This document shows positions 1 to 13,360 of a DNA stretch of 64,000 nt, one piece after another. This DNA is from Eimeria praecox (Eukaryota). The first letter of the stretch is position 1; each line of letters starts with the position of its first letter. The stretch spans positions 4,030,001 to 4,094,000 of the forward strand of contig OY986950.1 in the NCBI GenBank assembly GCA_963920595.1, read 5' to 3'. The notes beneath the pieces are model-generated. The model was not told the DNA's origin and did not search any database. It saw nothing but the letters and a program-made list of their open reading frames with translations. A program made the translations under genes and the position numbers.

Positions 1-37
1 TAAACCTAACACGTTCTACACACACACACACGTAGAT

Positions 38-118
<81 letters not shown>

Positions 119-180
119 TTTAGACATAAAATATTATTTGCGAGGGAAGGAGAGACATATGGGGGCTACGGTGAGGGTTT

Positions 181-570
181 GGTAGGGTTTAGTAGGGTTT
201 AGGGTTTAGGGTTTAGGGTTTAGGGTTTGTTTCTAACCTCTGTTCCTCATTATTTGGACTTACCGTGGGTTAGAATTGTTGTTTTTAATTTAATTACCGC
301 AGGACTCAGTAGGGTTTACTAGGGTTTAGGGTTTACTAGGGTTTACTAGGGCTTCCTAGGGTTTCCTAGGGTTTGCTAGGGTTTAGGGTTTTCTTACTCT
401 TAGTCTTTCTTTCTGTTCTTCTGTCTTGGGATAAACTGGCGGCTCAAATTGTTATTTCTGATTCTAACTACCCTAACCTAACTAGGGTTTACTAGGGTTT
501 ACTAGGGTTTACTAGGGTTTACTAGGGTTTACTAGGGTTTCCTAGGGTTTACTAGGGTTTAGGGTTTTCT
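181..570. repeat. Telomere-like AGGGTTT array with 10-mer variants (ACTAGGGTTT/CCTAGGGTTT), in PKA-R intron 2
   Basis: Read directly from the sequence. Confidence 0.9.
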
Positions 571-573
571 TAC

Positions 574-809
574 TCTTAGTCTTTCTTTCTGTTCTTCTGT
601 CTTGGGATAAACTGGGGGCTCAAATTGTTGTTTTTTATTCCAATTACCATAAACCTCAGCACATACACTCTGTCTCATTTTATTAAATCCCCTTATTCTA
701 TCTATTTTAGTTTCTACATCTTCTTCTTCTTCTTCATCTTCTTCTTCTTCCTCACTCTCATCTGTATCTTGTGTACTACGATTACTGCTACTATCAAAAC
801 CTACTACAC

Positions 810-846
<37 letters not shown>

Positions 847-886
847 GTCCGAGGGAGAACTAGACTGATGAGGGGGATAGGTTGAA

Positions 887-934
<48 letters not shown>

Positions 935-2340
935 CCTTTTAACTCTTGTCTTAAACTTGCGATCTCTTTACGTAATTCTTCGTTCTCTCGAGAAGGAGCT
1001 AAGAAGAATAATAATTAATTAATTAATTAATTAATTAATTAATTAATTAATTATTTAATTAATTAATTATAATTTAATTAAGTTGTATTATATTAATTAT
1101 TATTTAAATAGTTATTTAATTCATTATAATTATATTATTTATTTATTTATTTATTATTATACATATTATAGGCATATTCTAATATATAAATAATATATTA
1201 TATATACATACAAATCTAATATATAAAACACAAACAAAATAAATAAACAAAAACAAACAAGAAACATAAAAAATATAAAATATAAAATATAAAATATAAA
1301 ATATAAAATATAAAATATAACATATAAAATATAAAATATAAAATATAAAATATAACATATAAAATATAAAATATAAAATATAAAATATAAAATATAAAAT
1401 ATAAAATATAAAATATAGAATATAAAGTATAAAATATATAAAAAACAAAACAAGAACAAACAAACAAGAAACAAAAACAAATACGAAGAATAAAACGAAA
1501 ACAAAACAAATAAAACAAATAAAACAAATACAACAAATAAAACAAATAAAACAAATAAAAACAAACAAAACAAAGTAAAAACAAACACAAATAAAATAAA
1601 ACCAACGTAAAAACAAATGAAAACAAAAACAAACAAAATAAAACAAAATAAAAACAAATAAAACAAATAAAACAAATAAAACAAATAAAACAAATAAAAC
1701 AAATAAAACAAAATAAAAACAAATAGAACAAATAAAACGAATAAAACAAATAAAATAAAAACAAATACAAACAAAACAAAACAAAATGAAAACAAAATAA
1801 AAACAATTAAATATATAAAACCAAACAAAACAAAATAAAAACAAATACAAACAAAATAAAAACAAAATATAAAAACAATATAAAAACAATTAAATATATA
1901 TAAACAAATACAAACAAAATAAAAACAAACAAAAACAAAATATAAGAACAAGATATAAAAACAGATATTAAAACAAATAAATATAAGTATAAACAAACAA
2001 AACAAAGAAAAACAAAATATAAAAACAAAATATAAAAACAAGATATAAAAACATAATAAATATATAAATATAATAAATAAACAAACTCAACAAAACCAGA
2101 ATATAAAAACAAGATATAAAATCACAATAAATATATAAAATAAACACAATAAATAAATAAATAAACTAAATAAATAAACAAACCTGTAGTAGGGTCTTCT
2201 AGACCAGTTTGTTTACATAGTTTAGATATAATAAAATAAGTAGGATTCGCAGGTAATTCAATTAATACCTCCGTCACGATTTTTTCTAATAGAGGAGAGA
2301 GATGAGTTTGTATGTACTCTTCATACTCTATCCCGCTCAT
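574..2340 (-). CDS. cAMP-dependent protein kinase regulatory subunit (PKA-R-like), 5' part only; exons 2340-2184 and 998-574; cyclic-nucleotide-binding domains expected beyond the left window edge
   Basis: Exon 1 encodes MSGIEYEEYIQTHLSPLLEKIVTEVLIELPANPTYFIISKL (RIIa/Dpy-30-like dimerisation-docking domain). It joins in phase 1 via GT..AG to exon 2: coiled coil, polyQ, acidic run, then KMRQSVCAEVYGNWNKKQQFEPPVYPKTEEQKERLR, the PKA-R inhibitor/linker signature (RxSV.AE.YG...V.PK..EQ..RL). Donor gtaag at 573. Confidence 0.8.
1001..2183. repeat. A-rich low-complexity intron: (TAAT)n, (AAAATAT)n, (AAATAAAAC)n
   Basis: Read directly; lies between PKA-R exons 1 and 2. Confidence 0.85.
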
Positions 2341-2745
2341 CCTGTATTTATTTATTTTATTTATTTATTTATTTATTTATTTTATTTATTTATTTATTTA
2401 TTTATTTTATTTATTTATTTTGTTTGTTTATTTTGTTTAGTTAGTTATTTATTTTATTTATTTAGTTATTTATTTGTTTATTTATTTTATTTATTTATTT
2501 ATTTTGTTTAGTTAGTTATTTATTTGTTTTATTTATTTATTTGTTTGTTTGTTTATTTATTTTATTTATTTATTTATTTGAGTTTCATGTATTTGTTTTT
2601 GTTTATTTGTTTTTATTTATTTTTATATATTTGTTTTGTTTTAATTTATTTGTTTTTAGGTTTAATTTATTATTTGTTTATTTATTTTTAGTTAGTTTGA
2701 TATATATAAACACACACACACACACACACACACAATAAAACGTAG

Positions 2746-3162
2746 AAACCTTAAACCCTAGAAACCCTAAACCCTAGAAACCCTAAACCCTAGAAACCCT
2801 AAACCCTAGAAACCCTAAACCCTAGAAACCCTCAACCCTAGAAACCCTAAACCCTAGAGACCCTAGAAACCCTAGAAACCCTAGAAACCCTAGAAACCCT
2901 AGAAACCCTAGAAACCCTAAACCCTAGAAACCCTAGAAACCCTAGAAACCCTAGAAACCCTAAACCCTAAACCCTAATGAAGTTGATTCCCCTAAACCCT
3001 AAATAATCTGCTAAGTCTAAATTTTTAATACTGTGAAAACCCTAGAAACCCTAAACCCTAGGGTCTGTCGAATCCCTAAACCCTAAACCCTAAACCCTAA
3101 GGTATAAACCCTAAATCTTTTTCTATAAACCCTAAACCCTAAACCCTAAACCCTAAACCCTA
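2746..3162. repeat. Interstitial telomere-like array AAACCCT mixed with 9-mer AAACCCTAG
   Basis: Read directly. Confidence 0.9.
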
Positions 3163-3472
3163 ATTCGGCAACTCGCTGCTGCTGCTGCTGCTGCTGCTGA
3201 GGTGAGATAGCAGGAGACAGATCAGCATCGCAGCAGAAACAAACTGCTGCTGCTGCTGCTGCAGCAGCAGCAGCAGCAGTCTGTCTGTCTCTGTTGTTGC
3301 TGCTGTTGCTGTTGCTGCTGCTGCTGCTGCTGCTGCTTTATCTGCTCGTATGAACGATACAGGCTTTTGTATTTGATGTGTCTATACACCCGAGAAGTTA
3401 TATATATTATTTTGTTTGTTTTTGTTGCTGTTGTAGTAAGTGTAGTGTTATTCATGTTTCTGAAACTGCTGC

Positions 3473-3503
<31 letters not shown>

Positions 3504-3504
3504 C

Positions 3505-3536
<32 letters not shown>

Positions 3537-3537
3537 C

Positions 3538-3569
<32 letters not shown>

Positions 3570-3785
3570 ACTGCGGTGCTGGTGTTCGGGTGTACGTGCA
3601 CCTCATCAGCAGCAAATAAACTCTTACCTGTCTAATTAACGAATATCCTGACTCTTCTGCTGCTGCTGCTGTTTTTCTGTTGCTGCAGCTTGTTGCTGCT
3701 GCTGCTGTTTCTGTTGCTGCTGCTGCTGCTGTCTTGGCGTTTAGGCTTGTTGCTGTTCTTCCTCTTCCTGTTGCTCCTGCTGCTG

Positions 3786-3820
<35 letters not shown>

Positions 3821-3915
3821 AGCAGCACGTCAGAGGCCACAAAGAAGCAGCTAGCAGCCTTAGTGTTTAGCTGCTGCTTGTTCTTCGACTTAGGTACAGC
3901 AGCAGCAGCTCTAGC

Positions 3916-3964
<49 letters not shown>

Positions 3965-4129
3965 TTTGTTGCTGCTGCTGCTGCTGCTGTTGCTGCTGCT
4001 GTTTATCTTAATATACTTATATCGTCGCTAGAGCTACACGCAACGTAGGAAGACTGTGGCTATCTCTGCTGCTCTGTGGAACTTCTCTAATCTGTTTGTA
4101 TATTTGCTGCAGCAGATTTCGTAGCTGGT

Positions 4130-4166
<37 letters not shown>

Positions 4167-4895
4167 CTAGCAGCAGCAGCAGCAGCCCTAACGAGTTCCT
4201 GTGTACGTACGTTACCGCACCGCACGGCTGCCGCACCGTAGGCTCTTTCGGTGTTTCTAAACGTAAAAATTTTGATTATTTAAATTAAATATATTATTTA
4301 AATCAAAATAAATAAAATAAAATCATAAAAAATAGAAAATAAACACACATTATTATCCCTAACAATCCCAAGGTCACCGCGGATCCCCTCCCCTTCTTCT
4401 CTTGGGGTGTATAGGCAGCTCAATCTTAAATAAACAATTTATGAGAATATTTTGTATAAATTTAAATAATTAATTATAAATATAAATATAAAAACAAACA
4501 TAAAAGTCTTTTTATTTTTAAAACAGGAAGATATAAGAAATATAAAGAAGCCCAAATATATATGAGGTGTACATACACTCGAAATGCATGCATCGAACGA
4601 AGATAAATTAAATAAAATATTAAAATTAAATTAAATTAATTTTTATTTTTATATACACACAAATAAAATAACCTTCAAATGAAAATGCACACAGATACGC
4701 ATACGTATATATACTACATCTATAATATAATATATATACTATATATATTATATATAGTATATATATAATATATAATATATTATATATATATTATATATAG
4801 ATATATATATGCATATATATGTAGAAAGGAGATAGATTAGACAAGTGTATGTGCTCCCTATCTAATATGTATATTTATATAACACGTATTATATA

Positions 4896-5005
<110 letters not shown>

Positions 5006-5165
5006 CAGACAAATTGCATGTATAAATATCTGTTTAACTTGTTGTCTTCGCAAATATATAAAATATATAATTAAAAATTAAATAAAAATAAATATAAATA
5101 AATATAAATAAATAATAAACAAATATATCAAACAAATAGTAAGATACAGATGCATGCTGAGAGGA

Positions 5166-5367
5166 AAACCCTAAACCCTAAACCCTAAACCCTAAACCCT
5201 AAACCCTAAACCCTCGTCTAAACCCTTGTCTCTCAACTCAGAAGAAAGCCCTAAACCCTAAACCCTAAACCCTAAACCTTAAACCCTAAGCTACAAACGA
5301 ACGCCTCGCCTATATGCCAAACCTCAAACCCTAAACCCTAAACCCTAAACCCTAAACCCTAAACCCT
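5166..5367. repeat. Interstitial telomere-like (AAACCCT)n blocks
   Basis: Read directly. Confidence 0.9.
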
Positions 5368-5461
5368 TATCCTATCATCAAGAAGACAAATAAGACAAAA
5401 TTGCATAGAAAGACACAAAGAGTACGCAGACGGCTGAGGTGTCTTCGCACCGATCGCCAAG

Positions 5462-5531
<70 letters not shown>

Positions 5532-5577
5532 TTGCTGCTGCTGTTGCTGTTGCTGCAGCCTCAGATCATATCGCTGC

Positions 5578-5654
5578 CTACAACTGCTGCTCGTTCATCC
5601 CGTATGTATACTGCAGACCAAGCCATGGGTGTTGCTGCTGTTGCTGCTGCTGCT

Positions 5655-5709
<55 letters not shown>

Positions 5710-5856
5710 GTAGGGGACGTTTCCTAACGCCTTCGTTACTGGAGTTGTTGCTGCTGCTGTTGCTGCTGCAGCTTTTGCTGTTGCTGCTGCTGTTGTTGCT
5801 GCTGCTGCTGCTGTATTGAAAAATTGAGGCCATACATTCTCTTGTCCCCGAGACAC

Positions 5857-5902
<46 letters not shown>

Positions 5903-6095
5903 CTTGCTGCTGCTGCTGCTCTCGGCTTGGATGCAAGAGGCGCTGATGTTGGAGAGCCAAAGAACTTCTTCCTGCTGCTGCTGCTGCTGCTGCTGCTGCG
6001 ATGCAGCGCAGCAGCAGCAGCAGCAAATGCTGCGTCGCCGTTGACATAAACTCTATCGTCGATTCGCTGATGCTTCGGGTGAGAAGCCATATCTA

Positions 6096-6144
<49 letters not shown>

Positions 6145-6282
6145 CAGTTGCTGCTGCTGTAGATCATCAGGCAAGGTGATGCAGGTGCTGCTCGTGTGTC
6201 TCCTGCGTCTCCTAACGGAAGCCGAAGCATCGCTGCTGCTGCTGCTGCAGCTGCTGCTGCTGCAGCAGCTGCTGCTGCAGCA

Positions 6283-6323
<41 letters not shown>

Positions 6324-6836
6324 ATGTACTGCAGCAAGTAATTAGAAGCTGCTGCCACTCTTCTGCTCCTCTATTCCATATCCGCAGCAGCAGCAAATTT
6401 TGCTGCTGCTGCAGCAGCTGCTGCAGCGGCTGCTGCAGCAACACTCGCCAGAAGTATATATCAGAATCGTAGCGACATTTTAAAATATAGCAGCAGCAGC
6501 AACGCTCCCAGTCCCTCACAGCCAGATCATCTTGCTGCTGCTGCTGCTGCTGGTGCTGCTGCTGCTGGTGCTGCTGCTGGTGCTGGTGCTGGTGCTGCTG
6601 CTGCTGCTGCTGCTGGTGCTGCTGCTGCTGCTGCTGGTGCTGCTGTCGTTGTGCGTAAGGGCGCAGCAGCAGCAGCAGCAAGACCCCCGTTAACTTGCTG
6701 CTAGGGATTTGCTGCAGCAAGGTATTTGCTGCTGCAGCATAGCAGCACTGCAGCAGCAGATCATACAGACAGGCCAACAAACCTGTGGATACAAAGTAAT
6801 CATACAGAGACAGCAAAACCCAGCGCTTCCTGCTGC

Positions 6837-6877
<41 letters not shown>

Positions 6878-7217
6878 TTGCTGCTGTGGGGGGAGGAGAC
6901 CTGAAAACCCTGTTGCTGCTGCTGCTGCTGCTGCTGCTGTTGCTGTTGCTGCTGCTGCACAATCCAATGGACGGGGGAGTTCGAAGCGCTTCCTGCTGCT
7001 GCTTCAGCTGCCCCTGCAGCAGCAGCAGCAGCAGCTGCTGCTGCTGCTGCTGCTGTTGCATGCGCTTGAGGTATGTGCTGCAGCAGCAGCGGAAACTCAC
7101 GAATAGCAGCAAACAGCAGCAAAATATAGTCAGCAGCATTTGTACACATCCAAATGCACGGCTGCAGCAGCTGCAGCATATCTCCTTGAACCTTTATAAC
7201 ATCATCTACCGTAAACA

Positions 7218-7266
<49 letters not shown>

Positions 7267-7400
7267 CTGCTGCAGCAGTTGCTGCAGGTATTGATCTGCA
7301 GCAATGTCCTGCCAATGACACCGCAGAGCAGCAGCAAGCAGCAACGCAGCAGTAGAACATAGAGCGAGTTCTCTGTTGCTGCAGCACTTGCAGCCGTCAC

Positions 7401-7433
<33 letters not shown>

Positions 7434-7605
7434 ATGTACACCTGAAGGGGAAAGAAGGATGCGCAGCGTAGGCATCCAGCAGCTGCAAAGCAGCAAATCT
7501 GCTGCTGCAGCAAAACCCAAACGCTGCACCCGCACCCCACAGCCACTGCCACAGCGCCATTCTCCCTGTCTGCTGCTGCTGCTGCTGCTGCTGCTGCAGA
7601 GTGTC

Positions 7606-7649
<44 letters not shown>

Positions 7650-7741
7650 GTGGTGGTAGTGGCAGCAGCTCACGAGCAGCAGGCAAGACAGAAGCTGTTG
7701 CTGCGGTGAGACAGCCAACCCACGCTTCATATGCTTGCTGC

Positions 7742-7776
<35 letters not shown>

Positions 7777-7999
7777 GTGCTGCTGTTGCTGCTGTTGCTG
7801 CTGCAGTAGAGACAACTGCTGCTGCAGCAGCGGCAGCTGCTGCTGCTGCCAAGCAGCAGCAACAGCCCGCCACCAATGAAACTTAAGATCAAGAATATCT
7901 GCATGCAACACCGAGAAGGCTTCCTCTTCTGCTGCTGTAGTTGCTGCTGCAGCAGCAACAGCAGCAGCAAACGGGATGTGGCAAAACTGCTGCTCCTTC

Positions 8000-8030
<31 letters not shown>

Positions 8031-8114
8031 ATGTACACCGCACGCTGCAGCAACCCAAGTCATTCGGAAGAGAAGCAGCAAGCTCCAGGCTGCGGCTTTG
8101 TAAGGAAGCAAAAC

Positions 8115-8162
<48 letters not shown>

Positions 8163-8269
8163 CTGCAGGTGCTGCTGCTGCTTCTGCTGCTGCTGCTTCT
8201 GCTTCTGCTGCAATCCGCAGCCGCACTTCTTTCAGCCTAGCCACCCACTTCTGCGTCTCACTGTCTTGC

Positions 8270-8335
<66 letters not shown>

Positions 8336-8637
8336 TGTTCTTCTGCTTCGTAAGGGACGATGAACGGCAGCAGCCGAATAGCAGCAGATGTGGTTTTTGC
8401 TGCTGCTGCTGCTGCTGCAGCAGCAGCTCTCCTTACAGGACTGTCTGCAGCAGGTGCAGCAGCAGGTTGGCTGCATATATCATAGTAGCATGCTGCTTCT
8501 GCTGCAGCAGCAGCAGCAGCAGAAGCAGATGCAGCAGTAGCAGCAGACGCAGTAGAAGCAGCAGCAGAAGCAGCAGCAGGAAAGTTGCTGCGTTTGATGA
8601 TTAGGCGCGTCCTGCTGCTGCCAACAGGCGTTGCTGC

Positions 8638-8693
<56 letters not shown>

Positions 8694-8810
8694 CTGCTGG
8701 TGAATGCGCTCGAGGGGTAGTTGCTGCTGCTGCATCGTCTGCAGCAAAAGCACCAAAGTAAGCAGCAGCAGCAGCACTTAGCGGGCTGCTGCTGTTGCGC
8801 ATACTTCTGC

Positions 8811-8849
<39 letters not shown>

Positions 8850-8941
8850 GGCTCTTCGTGACTGGGGGTGATCCTGCTGATGGCGGTGCTGCTGCAGCAC
8901 TGAGATGTATGCTCGGTGTATAGAGAGCAGCAGCAGCAGCA

Positions 8942-8975
<34 letters not shown>

Positions 8976-9089
8976 TCGAGTCTGATGGCGCTGATGCCTC
9001 AGACAGCAGCAAAATGCTGTGGTTGCTGCTGCTGCGGCTGCTGCTGCTGCAGCCGTGCATGCGACGACAGGTTGAACTTGAGGGCCTCG

Positions 9090-9120
<31 letters not shown>

Positions 9121-9742
9121 AACAGGAGCCCACTGCAGCGGTTGCTGCTGCTGCAGCGGTTGCTGCTGCTGCAGCAGTTGCTGCTGCTGCAGCGGTTGCT
9201 GCTGCTGTAGCGGTTGCTGCTGCTGCAGCAGTTGCTGCTGCTGCAGCAGCAAGGGCTCCCTAGCCTGAGACCAGCCATCGTCTGCAGCACACTCAATCGC
9301 TTCAAATACGCTCTGTTGCTGCTGTTGCTGCTGCTGCTGTTGCTGCTGCAGCTGCTGTTGCCGTAGCTGCTGCTGCTGCTGTTGGTGTTGCTGCATCAGC
9401 TGTTGCTGTAGCTGCTGCTGCTGCTGCTGCTGTCGCTGTTGCTGCAGCAGCAGCTGCTGCTGATATGCTTGATGGTCATGATATGAATCTCGCTGTCGCT
9501 GCAGCATGCGCTGCTGCTGCTGCTGCTGCCGCTGCTGCAGCAGCTGCTGCCGCCTCAGCAGCTGCTGCTGCCTCTCTGCCAGCTGTTCCTTGATAAGACA
9601 CTCTCCTCGTGCTGCTGTTGCTGCTGTTGCTGCTGCTGCTGCTGCAGCAGCAGCAGCACCTGATATAAATGAGGCCGAAGCAGTTGCTGCTGTGGTGCCG
9701 ACGCTCTTCCGCCTGCGTATCTCAGCAGCAGCACAGGATTCG

Positions 9743-9780
<38 letters not shown>

Positions 9781-9821
9781 AGCTCCAACTGCCATAGGAC
9801 CGCAAGAGTGGCGTGGACGCA

Positions 9822-9879
<58 letters not shown>

Positions 9880-10068
9880 CTGCTGCGGCAACGCAGCTAC
9901 CAGCCTCACCGCGGAGCATCTTCGCTCTGCTGCAGCAGCAAGGAGGCTCTCTGCGTCTTTTGCTGCTGCTTGTAGCTGTTGAATAAATTTAATACGTGAT
10001 GGCCTTCGGATGCGAGGAGCACTAGCACGACTTGCTGCTGCTGCTGCTGCTGCTGTTGCTGCTGCTGT

Positions 10069-10100
<32 letters not shown>

Positions 10101-10206
10101 CTGCTGCAGTTGCACCTGCTGCTGCTGCTCCTGCTGCAGGAGATACAGACACCACCCTACCAACGCGAGAGCCGCGGTCTTGCCGCTGCAGCTGCAGCTG
10201 CTGCAT
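5578..10206 (-). CDS. Large divergent cyclin-domain protein (1542 aa ORF, heavily padded with polyQ/polyA/polyS)
   Basis: Cyclin-box helices RMALWQWLWGAGAAFGFCCSSRFAALQLLDAY..ELALCSTAALLLAA..FTVDDVIKVQGDMLQLL..TNAADYI (~7565-7120) resemble the cyclin N consensus. YDLLLQCC..LLQQIPSSKLTGVLLLL resembles the second cyclin fold. The 4.6 kb ORF is uninterrupted; exact start and any introns are unverified. Confidence 0.7.
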
Positions 10207-10210
10207 TACC

Positions 10211-10244
<34 letters not shown>

Positions 10245-10445
10245 GTGCTGCTGTTGTTGCTGCTGCTGTGCTGCTCCTGCTGCTGCTCTAGCTAGCGTTC
10301 ACGAGCAGCAGCAGCTGCTGCAGCAGCTGCTGCAGCAGCAGCAGCAGCAGCTGCTGCTGCTGCCTCCCTGGGGTCTCGTCTCACTATGGATGTAAGGAAT
10401 GGCGATCTGGCATGCAGCAGCAGCAACCCCTCCTTGCACGGCTTT

Positions 10446-10501
<56 letters not shown>

Positions 10502-10637
10502 TTGCTGCTGCTGCTCTTTCTGATGAAAGAGAAACTGCTTGGAGTCGTAAGAGAGCAGCAGCAGCAGGAAGAGCAGCAGCAGCGTCTCACTGCAGGAAGA
10601 CATAGGGGTGTTATTCCTGGTCGTCGTCCCCCCTAGA

Positions 10638-10685
<48 letters not shown>

Positions 10686-11000
10686 ATTGATTGTCTCTGT
10701 CTACAGTGAGAGAATATAAAAATTCTATTTAAGCAGCATTTATTGCTGCTTCATAATCTCCCCTAATAGGTGTTGGAGGCCACCTGCAGCAGCAGCAACC
10801 AGCTGCTGCTGCTGCTGCTGTAACTGCAGCAGCAGCAGCAGCAGCTGCTGCTGCTGCTGCTGCTGCTGCATGCAGCAGCAGCTGCTGTTGGTGTTTAAAG
10901 AAGTCAACGTATTGAAATCTCTGTCTTCTCAACTTTATTTTTTTTTTAGTTTTTATATTTACTTTGTTTGGTATGTTGAGAGACAGCAGCAGCAGCAGCA

Positions 11001-11037
<37 letters not shown>

Positions 11038-11366
11038 ACAGCAGCAGCAGCAAACTCTCGGTAGCCAGCAGCAGCAGCATCTTCCTCTTCGTAATAAAAC
11101 ATGAAGTCTTCGTGTAGTATACAGCAACAGCAACAATAACATCAGCACATCCTGCTGCTGCAGTTGCTGCTGTAGTTGCTGCTGCTGCTGCTGCTGCTGC
11201 AGTTGTTGCTGCTGCAGTTGTTGCTGCTGCAGCAGCAGCAGCAGAGTCGACAGCACCTGCAGATTTTTTGCGGCTGACGCTGCCTCGTTAATTGTATTAT
11301 CCCAAGCAGCAGCAGCAACAGCAACAGCAGCAACAGCAACACCAGCAGCAGCAGCAACAGCAACAG

Positions 11367-11398
<32 letters not shown>

Positions 11399-11428
11399 GC
11401 AGCAGCGACAGCAACAGCAGCAGCGACA

Positions 11429-11541
11429 ATGACAACACATACTCTTGAAGGATCTCCTGCATCCTCCTTTGATGGCTGTTTGCTGCTGCAGGCGCTGAGT
11501 GTCCGTAGTGTTGCTGCTGCTGTTGCTGCTGCTGCTGTTGT

Positions 11542-11591
<50 letters not shown>

Positions 11592-12459
11592 TTGTTGTTG
11601 TTGTGCTTGCTGCCTCTCTTCACCTCGCTGCTGCTGCTGGTGCTGCTACTAGTGCTGCTGCTTCTGCCACTGGTGTTGCTGCTGCTGTTGCTGCTGCTGC
11701 TGCTTCTGCCACTAGTGTTGCTGCTGCTGCTGCTGCAGCAGCAGCAGCTGCAGCAGCAGCAGCAGCAGCTGCAGCAGATGACGGGAATGTATTTGTATTC
11801 AGGAGGCTCTGCGTCGTCTAAGTGCTGCTGCCTTCGTGAGGAGAGAAACAGCGCAGAAAATATTTACTATAGCCAAACAAGTCCGTATCTGCTGCTGCTG
11901 CTGCTGCTGTTGCTGCTGTTGCTGCTGCTGGTGGTGGTGCTGCTGCTGGTGGTGCTGCTAGTGGTGGTGCTGCTGCTGGTGGTGCTGCTGTTGTGTTGCT
12001 GCTGTTTTTATTTGTGCCGTTGTTGCTTCTGTTGCTGCTGCTGCTGCTGCTGCTGCTTAGGGTTTAGGGTTTAGGGTTTAGGGTTTGTGTGTAGGAGTTG
12101 CTGCGGCTGGTAGTGCAGCGCAGCAGCAGTCTTCCTTCTCTAGCGATTAGCTCTCAGCTTGAGGTGTATAGACACAGCAACACAGGAGCAGCAGCAGCAG
12201 CAGCAGCAGAAGACAACACTTGGTTGTTTGTACTTCGAGATCCTCTCATTGGCGTCATCAACAGCAGCAGCAGCAGCAGCAGCAGTGCAGCAGCAGCAGC
12301 AGCAACACAGCGAAACAAAAGCACGATAGCGCAGACAGAATCTGTGCTGATAGAACTTAGGAAGCAGCAGCAGCAGCAGCAGCAGCAAGAAGAGAAAGAC
12401 CGAAATCTGCTGCTGCAGCAAGAAGCAGAGGAAGACCCATCAGGTAGCCCTCTTGCTGC

Positions 12460-12502
<43 letters not shown>

Positions 12503-12733
12503 CTTGCTGCTGCTGCTGTTGCTGCTGCTGCTGTTGCTGCTGCTGCTGTTGCTGTTGCTGCTGCTGCTGTTGCTGCTGCTACTGTTGCTGCTGCTGCTGT
12601 TGCTGCTGCTGCTGTTGGTGCTGCTGTTGCTGCTGCTGTTGCTGCTGCTGCTGTTGGTGCTGCTGCTGTTGCTGCTGCTGTTGCTGCTGCTGCTGTTGGT
12701 GCTGCTGCTGTTGCTGCTGCTGTTGCTGCTGCT

Positions 12734-12776
<43 letters not shown>

Positions 12777-12818
12777 TTGCATTCGTGCATGTTTGCCTCT
12801 GCTGTCGCTTCCAGCCGC

Positions 12819-12849
<31 letters not shown>

Positions 12850-13236
12850 TTTTTTTATTAAAGCTGCTGCTGCTGCTGCTGCTGCTGCAGAATTGTTGGC
12901 TGTGGAGGCGGAGTTTATGCTAGATGGGGCTGGCGGCAGCAGCAGCATCAGCAGCAGCAGCAGCAGGAGCAGCAAGATCTGTAGGCTTCACGGCTCCTTA
13001 TCAACTGATATCAGCATAGCTGGAGGGGAGAGGCCGTATCTGCTGCAGCAGCTGCAGCATCAGCAGCATCAGCAGCATCAGCAGCAACTCATATTTGATG
13101 GTGTTGAGATTATAAGACATAAAGGCTTTGTAAGAGCGTGGCTTCAAGATAAGCAAACACTAGCGGACTGGGTGCAGCAGCAGCAGCAGCACCGCAGCAG
13201 ATTAGAAGAAAGAAAGAGGAAAATCGGTGTGGAATA

Positions 13237-13237
<1 letters not shown>
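11429..13237 (+). CDS. Transcription initiation factor IIA gamma (small) subunit-like; exons 11429-11500, 11803-11880, 12095-12443, ~12864-13237
   Basis: Spliced product ...LLQALS|EALRRLSAAAFVRRETAQKIFTIAKQ|ELLRLVVQRSSSLPSLAISSQLEVYRHSN..EDNTWLFVLRD aligns by eye to TFIIA-gamma (SLQESLDELI..ITPQLALQVL..L.TYRFCDNVWTFVL.D). All junctions are GT-AG and phase-consistent. The last acceptor could be 12864 or 12890. Confidence 0.72.
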
Positions 13238-13293
<56 letters not shown>

Positions 13294-13360
13294 GGGTGCA
13301 GCAGCAGCAGCAGCACCGCAGCAGATTAGAAGAAAGAAAGAGGAAAATCGGTGTGGAATA

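Noticed and set aside
1166..2112. Several long minus-strand F/Y/I/L/C-rich ORFs
   Set aside because: Translations of AT-rich microsatellite within PKA-R intron 1.
181..3162. Telomeric repeats near the window start as a true chromosome end
   Set aside because: The arrays are short, in both orientations, intronic or intergenic, and recur throughout the first 51 kb.
3170..4260. CAG-rich region with short ORFs on both strands
   Set aside because: No recognisable domain or phase-consistent exon chain; probably UTR or intergenic DNA.
10292..10603. 103 aa minus-strand ORF just upstream of the cyclin
   Set aside because: No splice path into the cyclin frame found; may be a uORF in the 5' UTR.
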